From: Macrostomum lignano
Taxonomy: Eukaryota
Assembly (NCBI GenBank): GCA_002269645.1
Contig: NIVC01002184.1
Location: forward strand, 62,001-126,000
Reading direction: 5' to 3'
DNA: 64,000 nucleotides
Made by a program: the position numbers and the translations under genes. Positions 12,601 to 22,440 of the stretch are shown here, one piece after another. Numbering within the stretch: position 1 is the first letter of the stretch; each line of letters starts with the position of its first letter. Under the pieces are notes generated by a model. That model did not search any database. It was not told the origin of the DNA and worked only from the letters and a program-made list of their open reading frames with translations.

Positions 12601-15513
12601 GCATCTTCCCGTTCGTATTCAAAGCCGACGAGCCGAAATGTATCGAAATGACTCATTCCCTCAGGCGGAGTCGCCTCCTCGACCTCGATGGCTTCGGAAT
12701 CCAGCGGCGGCTCCCGGGAGCTGCAGCAGCTGCTCCAGCTGCTCCGCTCGCTCGCCCGCGCTCTCCTGCGGCACCGGTCCTCCGCGCAGAGCATCCGCGG
12801 CAATCTCTACGCCTCCGCCTGCTTCCTGCTGTCCGCCGCCGGCCTCCTCCGCTCTGGCCGGCCGGCCGTCGCCGCGTTGACAGTCGCAGCGGCCGCGGCC
12901 GGCCGCGACCTCGCCGAACTGACCTGCCGTGACGCCGCCGACGCGCACCCGGTGACGCGGCTGCTGGCCACCTCGCTGCTGGACTCGGCGATGCGCCTGG
13001 ACCCGGCCGGCTCGGCCGACTGGCAGACCCACTTGACCAGCCGAGGCTACCTGGACCACTTTGTCGATGCTTTGGCCGCCGACTCCGAGGCCCTGGAGGC
13101 CGCCGTCAGCCCCGCTGTGTCCGGTAGCGACGATGCCGCCAACTCGGAGGCCGCCACCCTGGCGCCGCTGTTCCTGGCCGCCTCGCGCCTGGCGCTGCTC
13201 TGCCGATTGGCCTCCAGCCAGGCCGGCGCCTCGGCGCTCCTTCACGCCGGCGCCATCGCCCGGCTCGCCGACTGCGCCGCTTTCGGACGTCGGCCTCCGC
13301 CGCCACCCCCTACGTCGACATCGTCTGGCTCAGCAGCTTCGGCGATGGACTTCGGCGTCGATCCGGCCTGGCTGGGCGTCGGGCCGGAGCCGGCGGTTCG
13401 CTACCGCCTGCTGCTCATGCCGGCGCTGCGCGCGGCGGGCGCCCTGATGGCGTCGCTCGGCTGGAAGAATCAACTGGCTGCCCAGCAGGCGCTGCTGTTT
13501 GTCGACCGGCACTGGGACGCTTTCAGCGCGTGCAGCGGGCTCGCTGTTAGGTAATGATAAATCTTCTATTTTCACTCGCAATGTCATCCCTATTGTCACT
13601 CGCCGTGTCACTCGTATTGTCCCTCGAAGTGGCACTACTATTGTCACTCCTATTGTAACTCGCAGTGGCAGTCCTATTGTCACTCACAGCGTCACTCCTA
13701 TTGTCATCACTGCAGAATACCCTGTACATCACATGAGTCGCTCTGAATCCTCCCCAACTCGACCCGCACTGCAGGTGCCCAGACGACCCCGAGCAGTGGG
13801 AGGAGCTCAGCCTATTTGCCGGCCTACTCCGCCAGTGCTGCTCCGCCCTGGTGACTCACCAGCGCTCGCCTCTGCTAGGCCGGGTGGAGCGCTGGCTGTC
13901 CGAGGCGCTTGCCAATGTGGCGCCCATTGCCCTGCAGCTGCCGCAGAAGCAGGCGGATGCGGCCGCTTCATCGTCAGCAGCGGCGGCTGCATCCCCGTCT
14001 GGCCCAATCGACCATCGGCTGCTTCTCCGACGTTCCGACGCTCTGGCCGCTCTCACCGGCTTGCTGGCCAGGCTGCTGGCCTGCGATTTGCACCTGCAGC
14101 AGCAGCAGCAACAGGACCAGAAACAGCAGCACGACGGGAGCGTTGCGTCCTCGGCTCTGCTGCCGCCCTACCTGTCACCCAGCGAGCCGGCAGCTGGCGG
14201 ACGCCCCTGCCTCGGCCACCTACTGCGCCTGACCCGCGCCTGCCTCACTCGCGCCGGTGCCGCCGCCGTCGGGGCCAAGACGCTGGCGCACAGGTGTGTG
14301 ACTGAGTGCCTGTCTGAGTCTGCTGGTGTGTGACTGAGTGCCTGTCTGAGTCTGCTAGTGTGTGACTGAGTGCCTGTCTGAGTCTGCTGGTGTGTGACTG
14401 AGTGCTCAAAAACGAAACTGAAACCCCTGCCGCAGACTGGACGGTCTCAACGAGCTCGGGCCAGAGCAGCGGGAACTGCTCACCAGAGACTGGCTGCCGC
14501 TGCTCTACCAGCAGCTTCAGCAGGAGCAACAGCAGGGCGGCTCCTCCGTGCTGCAGGGCGGCGATCTTCGCGTCCCGCTGTCGGCCGCCCTGACCGACTG
14601 GCGCCTCTCAGCCGGCCAGCTGGCCGCCTCGCTCGAGCACCTGACGTTCGCTGTCTGGTCCCACGTGGACTGCTACCTGCGCTGGGCCCGCCTGGACCCG
14701 GGCAGCGGCGCGACCGCGGCCTCCGCCACCGGCAGCTCCGCCGCTGTCACCTCGACGCCTGGAGGCATTCGCCGACTGACCGCAGCCAGTCCGGAGCAGC
14801 GGCAGCTCGCGGCAGCCTCGCCTGCGGCAGCTGCTGCCGCCGCCATGCCGATCGCTGGCCTGGAAGACGACACCCGAGTTCGGCAGTACCTGCTGGGCGG
14901 CCGATTCGAGTCTGAGCTGGGCGCTGCGCCGAACCTCACCGACGATTGGTTTGCCGCTATGCTGGCCGCGCCGAAGGTGAGGACTGCTTTGTTGGGTCTC
15001 TTACTGCCGCCCTCCCAGATCCTCAGTTGCTGGGTCAGTCTCCCAGTCTCCCAGATCCTCAGTTGCTGGGTCAGTCTCCCAGTCTCCCAGATCCTCAGTT
15101 GCTGGGTCAGTCTCCCAGTCTCCCAGATCCTCAGTTTCTGGGTCAGTCTCACAGTCTCCCAGATCCTCAGTTGCTGGGTCAGTCTCCCAGTCTCCCAGAT
15201 CCTCAGTTGCTGGGCCAGCCTCCCAGATCCTCAGTTGCTGGGTCAGTCTCCCAGATCCTCAGTTGCTGGGTCAGTCTCCCAGTCTCCCAGATCCTCAGTT
15301 TCTGGGTCAGTCTCACAGTCTCCCAGATCCTCAGTTGCTGGGTCAGTCTCCCAGTCTCCCAGATCCTCAGTTGCTGGGCCAGCCTGCCAGAATGTCACTT
15401 GCTGGGCCTTTCATCTTCGCCGCCCGCAGGAGCTGGACCAGCCCGAGGACCAGCAGGGCTTCACAGAGAACCTGCTGCGCCGTCTGCAGCGAATGGTTAA
15501 GCTGAGCGGCTAG
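636..15513 (+). CDS. NUP205: Nuclear pore complex protein Nup205 (Nup192 family), 5'-partial; exons 636-1280, 3987-4184, 4564-4914, 6221-6546, 7450-8080, 8447-8707, 10183-10815, 11408-11750, 12665-13550, 13775-14293, 14436-14976, 15430-15513
   Basis: All 11 internal introns are GT..AG and phase-compatible; the joined length is 5418 nt (1805 aa plus TAG). Collinear motifs match vertebrate NUP205 as recalled: [78 protein letters not shown]-terminal [17 protein letters not shown]. The N-terminus lies upstream of the window. Confidence 0.93.
1300..3956 (+). repeat. Intronic minisatellite, 12-bp unit (CAGTATCA[T/G]T[G/C]A), about 220 copies
   Basis: Fills the NUP205 intron 1281-3986; the TDTV/NDTV ORFs are its translation artefacts. 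Confidence 0.97.
4990..6180 (+). repeat. Intronic minisatellite, 22-bp unit (TATGAAACCGATTCCCCCTCAG)
   Basis: Periodicity read directly within intron 4915-6220. Confidence 0.95.
6608..6915 (+). mobile_element. tRNA-derived SINE with CORE-like central domain
   Basis: Pol III A box (TAGCCTAGTGG) and B box (GGTTCGATTCC), then TGTGTCCTTGAGGAATACACTCAACTC...CAGCTGTGAAAGGGGT resembling the CORE-SINE domain, and an (ATT)n tail at about 6901-6915. A related copy lies at 54968-55063. Confidence 0.75.
6985..7408 (+). repeat. Intronic minisatellite, 35-bp unit (CTACAGCTGCTTGAGTTCCATATCTAGCGCCAGAT)
   Basis: About 12 copies read directly in intron 6547-7449. Confidence 0.95.
8105..8365 (+). repeat. Intronic 49-bp tandem repeat, each unit containing an RFX X-box palindrome (GTTGCCAT[A/G]GCAAC)
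   Basis: X-box-like 14-mers at 8153, 8202, 8251, 8300 and 8349, exactly 49 bp apart. Confidence 0.85.
8795..10100 (+). repeat. Intronic minisatellite, about 34-bp unit (GCGGCACATCAAAGGGATCGATAATTATGGGGTA)
   Basis: Periodicity read directly in intron 8708-10182. Confidence 0.95.
10864..11390 (+). repeat. Intronic minisatellite, 30-bp unit (AACTGGGATTTTATCCCACAACAATGGTTA)
   Basis: About 17 copies; each unit has an internal TGGGAT/ATCCCA inverted repeat. Confidence 0.95.
11812..12590 (+). repeat. Intronic minisatellite, 25-28-bp unit (GAGATTTTGTAGCTTTGTTAGGGGT)
   Basis: Periodicity read directly in intron 11751-12664; most units contain TTAGGG. Confidence 0.93.
14294..14405 (+). repeat. 32-bp tandem repeat (3.5 copies) starting exactly at the 5' splice site
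   Basis: GTGTGTGACTGAGTG at 14294, 14326, 14358 and 14390. Confidence 0.9.
15012..15388 (+). repeat. Intronic minisatellite, 36-bp unit (CCCAGATCCTCAGTTGCTGGGTCAGTCTCCCAGTCT)
   Basis: Periodicity read directly in the last NUP205 intron, 14977-15429. Confidence 0.93.
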
Positions 15514-16067
15514 GCCGGGCACCCGTGACGTCATCAGACTGACTGCTTTAAATTTGACACCTGTTACCAATTCCATTCAATCTGTTTGCATCCGGTGGCT
15601 GCTTAAATAAAAATTATGCATTGAAAATCTGTCAGCCAACTGAATTGATTTCTAAAAGCATTTGCATTATTAGCATCAGTAATATTACATGTTAGTTTAA
15701 TTGCTAGACATTCACAGCCCGTTCCACATAGTGTCTTTTTGCGTTTGATTTCGACATTTTTGTAAGGGTTGAAGTTTGGGTGCTTCGATACATATTTTAA
15801 CCTCAGTAGCAGTGGCCCCTGTGCAGCGCTTTGCTTTTCTACTGCCCCTGCCCTAGTCTCAGCGCTCTTCACTCTCTAAAAATGCTGGTTGTTATCAAAT
15901 ACAAATTAATTATACCAGGAACTTAAAGCCATCAACAGAACCATCCTTTAGTTTTTTAATAACAATTTTTTAAGTCGACATCTTGCTTCATTTTGGTTTG
16001 CTAGTTTTTACTGCTATTGTAGGGATAAACAGTTATTCAATTATAAGGATAGGATGCTGACCCATCA

Positions 16068-16898
16068 GATTGGGCACTGACCCTTCAGATTGGGCACTGA
16101 CCCTTCAGATAAGATTGGACACTGACCCTTCAGATTGGACACTGACCCTTCAGATTGGGCACTGACCCTTCAGATTGGGCACTGACCCTTCAGATTGGGC
16201 ACTGACCCTTCAGATTGGGCACTGACCCTTCACATTGGGCACTGACCCATCAGATTGTGCACTGACCCTTCAGATTGGGCACTGACCCATCAGATTGGGC
16301 ACTGACCCATCAGATTGTGCACTGACCCATCAGATTGTGCACGGACCCTTCAGATTGGGCACTGACCCATCAGATTGGGCACTGACCCATCAGATTGTGC
16401 ACTGACCCTTCAGATTGGGCACTAACCCTTCAGATTGTGCACGGACCCTTCAGATAAGATTGGACACTGACCCTTCAGATTGGACACTGACCCTTCAGAT
16501 TGGGCACTAACCCTTCAGATTGTGCACGGACCCTTCAGATAAGATTGGACACTGACCCTTCAGATTGGACACTGACCCTTCAGATTGGGCACTGACCCTT
16601 CAGATTGGGCACTGACCCATCAGATTGGGCACTGACCCATCAGATTGGGCACTGACCCATCAGATTGGGCACTGACCCCTCAAATTGGGCACTGACCCAT
16701 CAGATTGGGCACTGACCCTTCAGATTGGGCACTGACCCATCAGATTGTGCACTGACCCATCAGATTGGGCACTGACCCATCAGATTGGGCACTGACCCTT
16801 CAGATTGGGCACTGACCCATCAGATTGGGCACTGACCCATCAGATTGGGCACTGACCCATCAGATTGTGCACTGACCCATCAGATTGGGCACTGACCC
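16068..16898 (+). repeat. Minisatellite, 20-bp unit (CAGATTGGGCACTGACCC[A/T]T)
   Basis: About 41 copies between NUP205 and the next ORF. Confidence 0.95.
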
Positions 16899-16967
16899 GT
16901 GATTCAAATCAGAGTCTCGCATCTTCAACCGAATTCGCCACCCTCAGCAGCATCCAGCAGGTCGGCA

Positions 16968-17465
16968 ATGCAAAACCTTGACCAGCTGCAGTCATCTGAT
17001 CCCCGCCTGACTGCATACAGACGCTGCTTCGTCGTGTCCGCAACAGTCGCCGGCCTGACTTCGAGCCTGCCACTGTGGCTGGCCGGCAGGCGGCTGCACA
17101 GGCGGGTCACCGAGCCGGAGTGGCCGGGCCGCCGACTGCACCTCACCGGCTGGCAGCGCCGGACCATCGCCGCCTGGGTGGCGCCTGTCGGCCTGGCCGC
17201 CTTCATTGGCTCCAGCTGGTTGATCTTCCACCAGCTGAGGCGGCGCTGCCGGATGGGCTTCTACGGGGTGGGCAGCCTGGCCGAGGCGGACGCCGCCCAC
17301 TGCGCCTGGGAGGCGGAGCGCCAGGCAGAGCTGGACAGGCGGGTCGCTCAGACCCGGCAGATGTTGCGCGACAGGCAGGCTGAGAAGCTGCGCGAGATGC
17401 GCCTGATGGCGCCTCCGGCCGCTGACGGACAGGATGGCCGGGCAGGCCGGGATGCTGGCGCTTAA
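16968..17465 (+). CDS. Small two-transmembrane protein, 165 aa, weakly TMEM141-like
   Basis: GC-rich single-exon ORF starting 7 nt after an AG acceptor at 16960, with AATAAA at 17572 and two hydrophobic segments. DPRLTAYRRC resembles HPGLGEYAAC of TMEM141 and a Cys follows TM2; the family call is tentative. Confidence 0.6.
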   Translation: MQNLDQLQSSDPRLTAYRRCFVVSATVAGLTSSLPLWLAGRRLHRRVTEPEWPGRRLHLTGWQRRTIAAWVAPVGLAAFIGSSWLIFHQLRRRCRMGFYGVGSLAEADAAHCAWEAERQAELDRRVAQTRQMLRDRQAEKLREMRLMAPPAADGQDGRAGRDAGA

Positions 17466-17659
17466 CGTTTTCGTGTATTGGTAGTTCGTTTCTTTAGTAA
17501 TGCAGTAATGATAGAACTGTTTGAGTTGATGTTGCTAATTAAACTGGCTTATTGTACAGATGCATTTTTTAAATAAATAAATTCGAATTTTTGCTTTTTG
17601 GCTAATCTTTATTTAGTTCCCATTGAACTTTCTCTGACGCATATTGATCAGACGATTGA

Positions 17660-17930
17660 GTAAGTCAGCTGCCCCCCCCCAACACCCAGATGATTGAACT
17701 GCCCTTGAATGAGTCAGTCGCCCCCTGAGTGAGTCAGCTGCCCCCTTAGTGAGTCAGCTGCCCCTCCCCCCTTAGTGAGTCAGCTGCCCCTCCCCCCCTC
17801 TTAGTGAGTCAGCTGCCCCCCTTAGTGAGTCAGCTGCCCCCCCCTTAGTGAGTCAGCTGCCCCCCCCCTTAGTGAGTCAGCTGCCCCCTTAGTGTGTTAG
17901 CTGCCCCCTTAGTGAGTCAGCTACCCCTCC
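17660..17930 (+). repeat. About 20-bp tandem repeat (GTGAGTCAGCTGCCCCCCTTA) upstream of SNAPIN
   Basis: About 11 degenerate copies; the first begins GTAAGTCAGCTG at 17660. Confidence 0.85.
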
Positions 17931-17994
17931 CCATCACCCAGATGACTGAGCGAGTCAGCTGTTCACGATGCCAACATGTCCTGCATGTGAATAC

Positions 17995-18819
17995 ATGGCA
18001 AGCGGCGGCAGCAACGGCAGCGGTGGAGCCCAAGGCGGCGGTGAACCTGGGTCCGCGGCCGACGCTCAAACCCTGTCAGAGCTGGAGATCCGCCAGCAGT
18101 TCACTCACGGCCTGCTGTCCCTGTTGGAGCCCACAGTTCGTCAGATTGACGACAGAGTAACGCAGGTGTGCCAGACAGGAACAGTGAAAAATGAGTATTA
18201 CTCAGCTTTCCAGTGCATTGCACCTCTTGTTAGTTGAGCAACTAGAAAAAACTCTTGTTAGGAACCGGAAGTCCTGAGATCGAATCCAAATTCTTTGATT
18301 TTGTCAGTTTGTGTAGCTAGCGCAAGTTAAGCAAAGTTGATCATGGTTAGTGCATAAAAAGATAGAAAAGCTTGCGTCGAAATTCTCAGGCCGGCTTTGC
18401 ACGCTCACACGGGGTGTACAGCGGCACTGACTTCTAATCGTCAGGCATGTACACTCTGCCTTGGGGGCTGGCTGGCACGACTCATGTGGTTGCAGCGTCT
18501 TACATGTACTTTCCAACTAAATACGATAATCATAACAAAACAGGTCCGGCTCAGCCAAATCGAGCTTCGAGCTCAGATCGACTCCGTCGCCGAGCTGCTG
18601 TGCGCCATCACTGACGAGAAGTCGGCGCCAGTCGATCTGGAAGCCTACGTGAAGAAGTTGAACAACGCGAAACGGCGCGTGATGCTGGTGAACAACATCA
18701 TTCAGAATGCGCAGGAGCGGCTCGGCAGGCTGCATGCCAGCATCCAGAAGGAGCAGGCCAGGCTGAACACCGAGGTGAAGGGCGAGCCGGCCGCCTCCTC
18801 CGCTGCCACCGCTTCTTAG
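17995..18819 (+). CDS. SNAPIN: SNAPIN / BLOC-1 subunit 7; exons 17995-18165 and 18544-18819
   Basis: The spliced product FTHGLLSLLEPTVRQIDDRVTQ|VRLSQIELRAQIDSVAELLCAI...DLEAYVKKLNNAKRRVMLVNNIIQNAQERL closely matches human SNAPIN as recalled. Phase-0 GT-AG intron; AATAAA at 19014. An in-frame upstream ATG at 17968 is an alternative start. Confidence 0.95.
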
Positions 18820-19321
18820 CCCATTCTGTAACTGATTAGCAGACGATATGTTGAGTAATCTGTTTTTAAATCGGAAATTTTCCATTAAATCTTGCTTCTA
18901 GACTGTATATACTAAAGCTACTTACAGTAGTATATAAAAGCTGTTCATTTTGTTTGCATTCTGCATCTACAAATATTAGTGATTTATAATTATTGATTTT
19001 CAATATTCATAACAATAAATGCTCTATTCCAGTACCTTAGCGAATGTGTTGCTGTGTAAATGGCCATTATATAAAGAATTTTTTAAAGCTCTCATGACTG
19101 ACTGTTAAACTTTTCTGATAAGCCAGGTGTAGCTTGGGCCTAATCAGTCTGAAAATTGAAGATCTTGGTGCATGAGTGAGGTCATTGGCTCACACGGCTT
19201 GTGCTCAAAATGAACTCTAAAATGCAGCAGCGCTACTACATGTGTATATAAGTGCAGATGACAGAGCAGTTCGCATGCAGAACTGCAGCTTTTTAAGTCC
19301 GTTAAATCAAAGTGAAGCGTC

Positions 19322-21375
19322 ATGCTGGCGCGGTGGTCAACAGTCTGTTCTTATTTGAGTATCCTAATCTTGGCGGCTGCGTCTGCTGCTTCTAGTGGCA
19401 GTCGGCTGTCTATACTGGCCCGCAAGGTCGACGACCCGCATCCGTACTATTACTGGCTCACGGTTGACCGTCCCGGCTACAGCGCAGCCAAGGGCGGGCC
19501 TCTAGCGGCGCTAATGAGGTCACTAAGTGAGCACATGAGAGGCCCGATTCGGAGAGTTGTAAAAAATGATTTGCAGGTAAATGTGCGAGTTTAGTTTGTA
19601 CATGTAATTATTTAGCAAGTACATGTTCAATTGGCAAGATTCGATGCGCCATATGCTCAAGCTTAAAAAAAGAGATTAACCTGGACTTTGCCAACTCCCA
19701 AATTGATCCTTGGCATCTCGGCAGTTGGCAACCCGCATGAGCCACAGCAATTCAACAACCCCCTCATGAGTCTTTACATCTCAGCAATTCCCCTAGCATA
19801 TTGCATGATGTCTCAGCAACTTCCTATACATGTAGCTCAATGAGCCTTGACACATCGGCAACTTCACCTATAAGCATTGATATCTCAATTATGGGTCCAC
19901 CCTAACTGCCAACCGGAAAATTGCCAGCCGACAACTGCCAGTCGACAATTGCCAGCCGAGAAATCTGCCAGCCAACAACTGCCAGCCGACAAGTTCTAGC
20001 TAATTGAATCTACTGTAGCCTACTTATTAGCTAAGTAAAAAGCACGAAACTGTTTGGCTAGCAAAAGGCTTGTGGGGTAGCCTTAAATGTCGCCCTTCCC
20101 TTCCCTAATTTTTTCAGATTTCCATTAGAAGTACATGTATATATGTGAAGGAGAAGGCATTCAAATTTCGTATTTTAGGTAGCCTTTGCTCTTTCTTTGA
20201 AAGCTTTATTTAAGTAAAGTAATTTAATAGACTTATCTAGGATTGCGTCATATAGCAATCGCAAATTAAATAATAAAGTAAATAAACTTTCAATACAGAA
20301 ATATTTACAATAGGCATTACAGAATGCCTTCTCCTTCACATATATACTTCTAATGGAAATCTGAAAAAATTAGGGAAGGGAAGGGCGACATTTAAGGCTA
20401 CCCCACAAGCCTTTTGCTAGCCAAACAGTTTCGTGCTTTTTACTTAGCGAATAAGTAGGCTACAGTAGATTCAATTAGCTAGAACTTGTCGGCTGGCAGT
20501 TGTTGGCTGGCAGATTTCTCGGCTGGCAGTTGTCGGTTGGCAGTTTTCCGGCTGGCAATTGTCGACTGGCAATTGTCGACTGGCAATTGTCGACTGGCAG
20601 TTTTCCGGCTGGCAGTTTTCTCGGCTGGCAATTGTCGGCTGGCAGTTGTCGGCTGGCAGTTGTCGACTGGCAGTTGTCGGCTGGCAGTTGTCGGCTGGCA
20701 ATTGTCGGCTGGCAGTTTTCCGGCTGGCAGTTGTCGGCTGGCAGTTTTCCGGCTGGCAGTTGGGGTGCTCCCTCAATTATAGCTCTTCCAATGGCAGGCC
20801 AATAAGGAAGGAGCAACCAGCCTTTTTTCTCTTGCTCGCTACGCAGAGGCAGCTGCAGAAAATGGGTGCAGCCTCAATCAGGATAAGATGCTAATTCAAT
20901 GGGTGTGTATAGAAAGCTATATAGAATGTTGCAGCTTTAAAAAACTAAAAAAAACGAACATTTGCTTTTTTGAAATTTACGACTAGTACGAGTTACAAAG
21001 GCTTGCAAACGAAAATTTAAGGGGAATGAAAATTTAGAAATTTCTAGGGTGTTCGGGGTTTGTGACCGCGCATTATATACATGGTTAACGATACTACATT
21101 ATTTATTTTGTGACATAAGCCAGTCTAAAACTACCTGATTACATATATAGCTAAAGATGCGCGTTGAACCTGCGCAGGTTCTGGAAACGGATGCTGACGC
21201 ATTGAGTCTGCAGTCGTCGGACCGCATAGAAGTGTGGCTACTGGGCAGCGGCCTGCCGACCCGAGCGGTCACGCTGGGCGCCTACGCCCGCTTCGGACGT
21301 GAGGGCCGGCGGTGGCGCCTGGACGCGCTCAGAAAAATGAGAGAAGACCGACGCCGACGCCGTCCACACTTCTAA
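19322..21375 (+). CDS. Putative secreted orphan protein, 150 aa; exons 19322-19576 and 21178-21375
   Basis: Signal-peptide-like N-terminus (MLARWSTVCSYLSILILAAASAA), CAG|GTAAAT donor, CTGCGCAG acceptor in matching phase 0, AATAAA at 21440. No family recognised. Confidence 0.6.
19893..20772. mobile_element. Non-autonomous foldback-type DNA transposon (880 bp) with long inverted arms
   Basis: Termini GGGTCCACCCTAACTG / CAGTTGGGGTGCTCCC. Arms of about 270 bp (19893-20163) and 450 bp (20322-20772) with subterminal 14-bp tandem repeats. TSD TCAATTAT at 19885-19892 and 20773-20780 (9 bp, CTCAATTAT, if the right end is shifted by one). Confidence 0.9.
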
Positions 21376-22440
21376 AGCCCGATTGACTGATTCATTTTTT
21401 GTTGTTTTTTTAAAACGAATTCGAGAACTTATCTTTATTAATAAACTGATTTTATATTTCTACACACCTGATGCTCAAGCGTTTTGGTCGAGATGTGTAT
21501 TGATGTGTGAACAAGACCTTTTCTAGCCTTTGTCTATCGGGCCTCAGAACTCGTAGAGATCAATCAATAAATCTGGTCTGAAAGAAAAGTTGCGAAAAAA
21601 ACTGGCGGCCTACTACCAGTAGTCCACAACCACAACTGTACCAACAATCTCTCAAAAAGCGAATGAAGACTTTGAAATGTGCGTTCTCATCCTTTGAAGC
21701 ACTTGAAATAATTGAAATTTAGGAAGTACTTTTAGCTATTTGGCTGTCCATCAGTGATGTGAGTAAAAGACGCGCCCGCACATATGCTGTTTCCGTACGG
21801 CTCGTACATTATCTGTAAACCTCACAGAGAACTAAGCTCAAATTCTTTTGTAGCCGAAACTCGAAGGATCCCATGCAGATGGAGTCTACATGCAGCTCCA
21901 CTGTTGAAGAACTAAGTGCTGAGTTGCGTGAGAAAGCCATTCTTTGCTTGAGGTGTTTCTTTGTCTTCTTTTAATCCTACTCTCAATTTGCAGTGCTCGT
22001 CAATGATACTTGCGCATGGTTTTTCAGCGAAATTGTAACCTTGCAGTCGCAAACTAAAATATTTGTTGCAGGCCTCTTAAATAAAACGAGTGAAGACAAG
22101 TGGATATTAAAAACACAAAGAAGCGAAAAATAGCTGGAATAAGAATTTTTTAAAACTTTTTAAGTCTTAGCAGTCATACGGACGAAGTAGGGTGTCCTTG
22201 AAGTACTTAGAGAACTGTGCGTCAATGCAAGCGTATATCGTCTTTAGAGTATCGAGTACTCTATTGTCGCAACCGCATTCAAATGCAGCACTCAAATAAT
22301 TATTAAGCTGTCGACAGGTATCTAGCAGCATATGCAGTTTGTAGAATTGATCCACAGGCCTACTCTATCATACCAAGGACGTCCTCAAGTAGTAGGACGG
22401 GAAACCTCGTTCTTGGAAAATTTTTAAAGCCAGGTTTTCC

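Noticed and set aside
591-15500. Many antisense and alternate-frame ORFs overlapping NUP205 exons
   Set aside because: These are expected shadows of GC-rich coding exons with few stops; there is no independent motif support.
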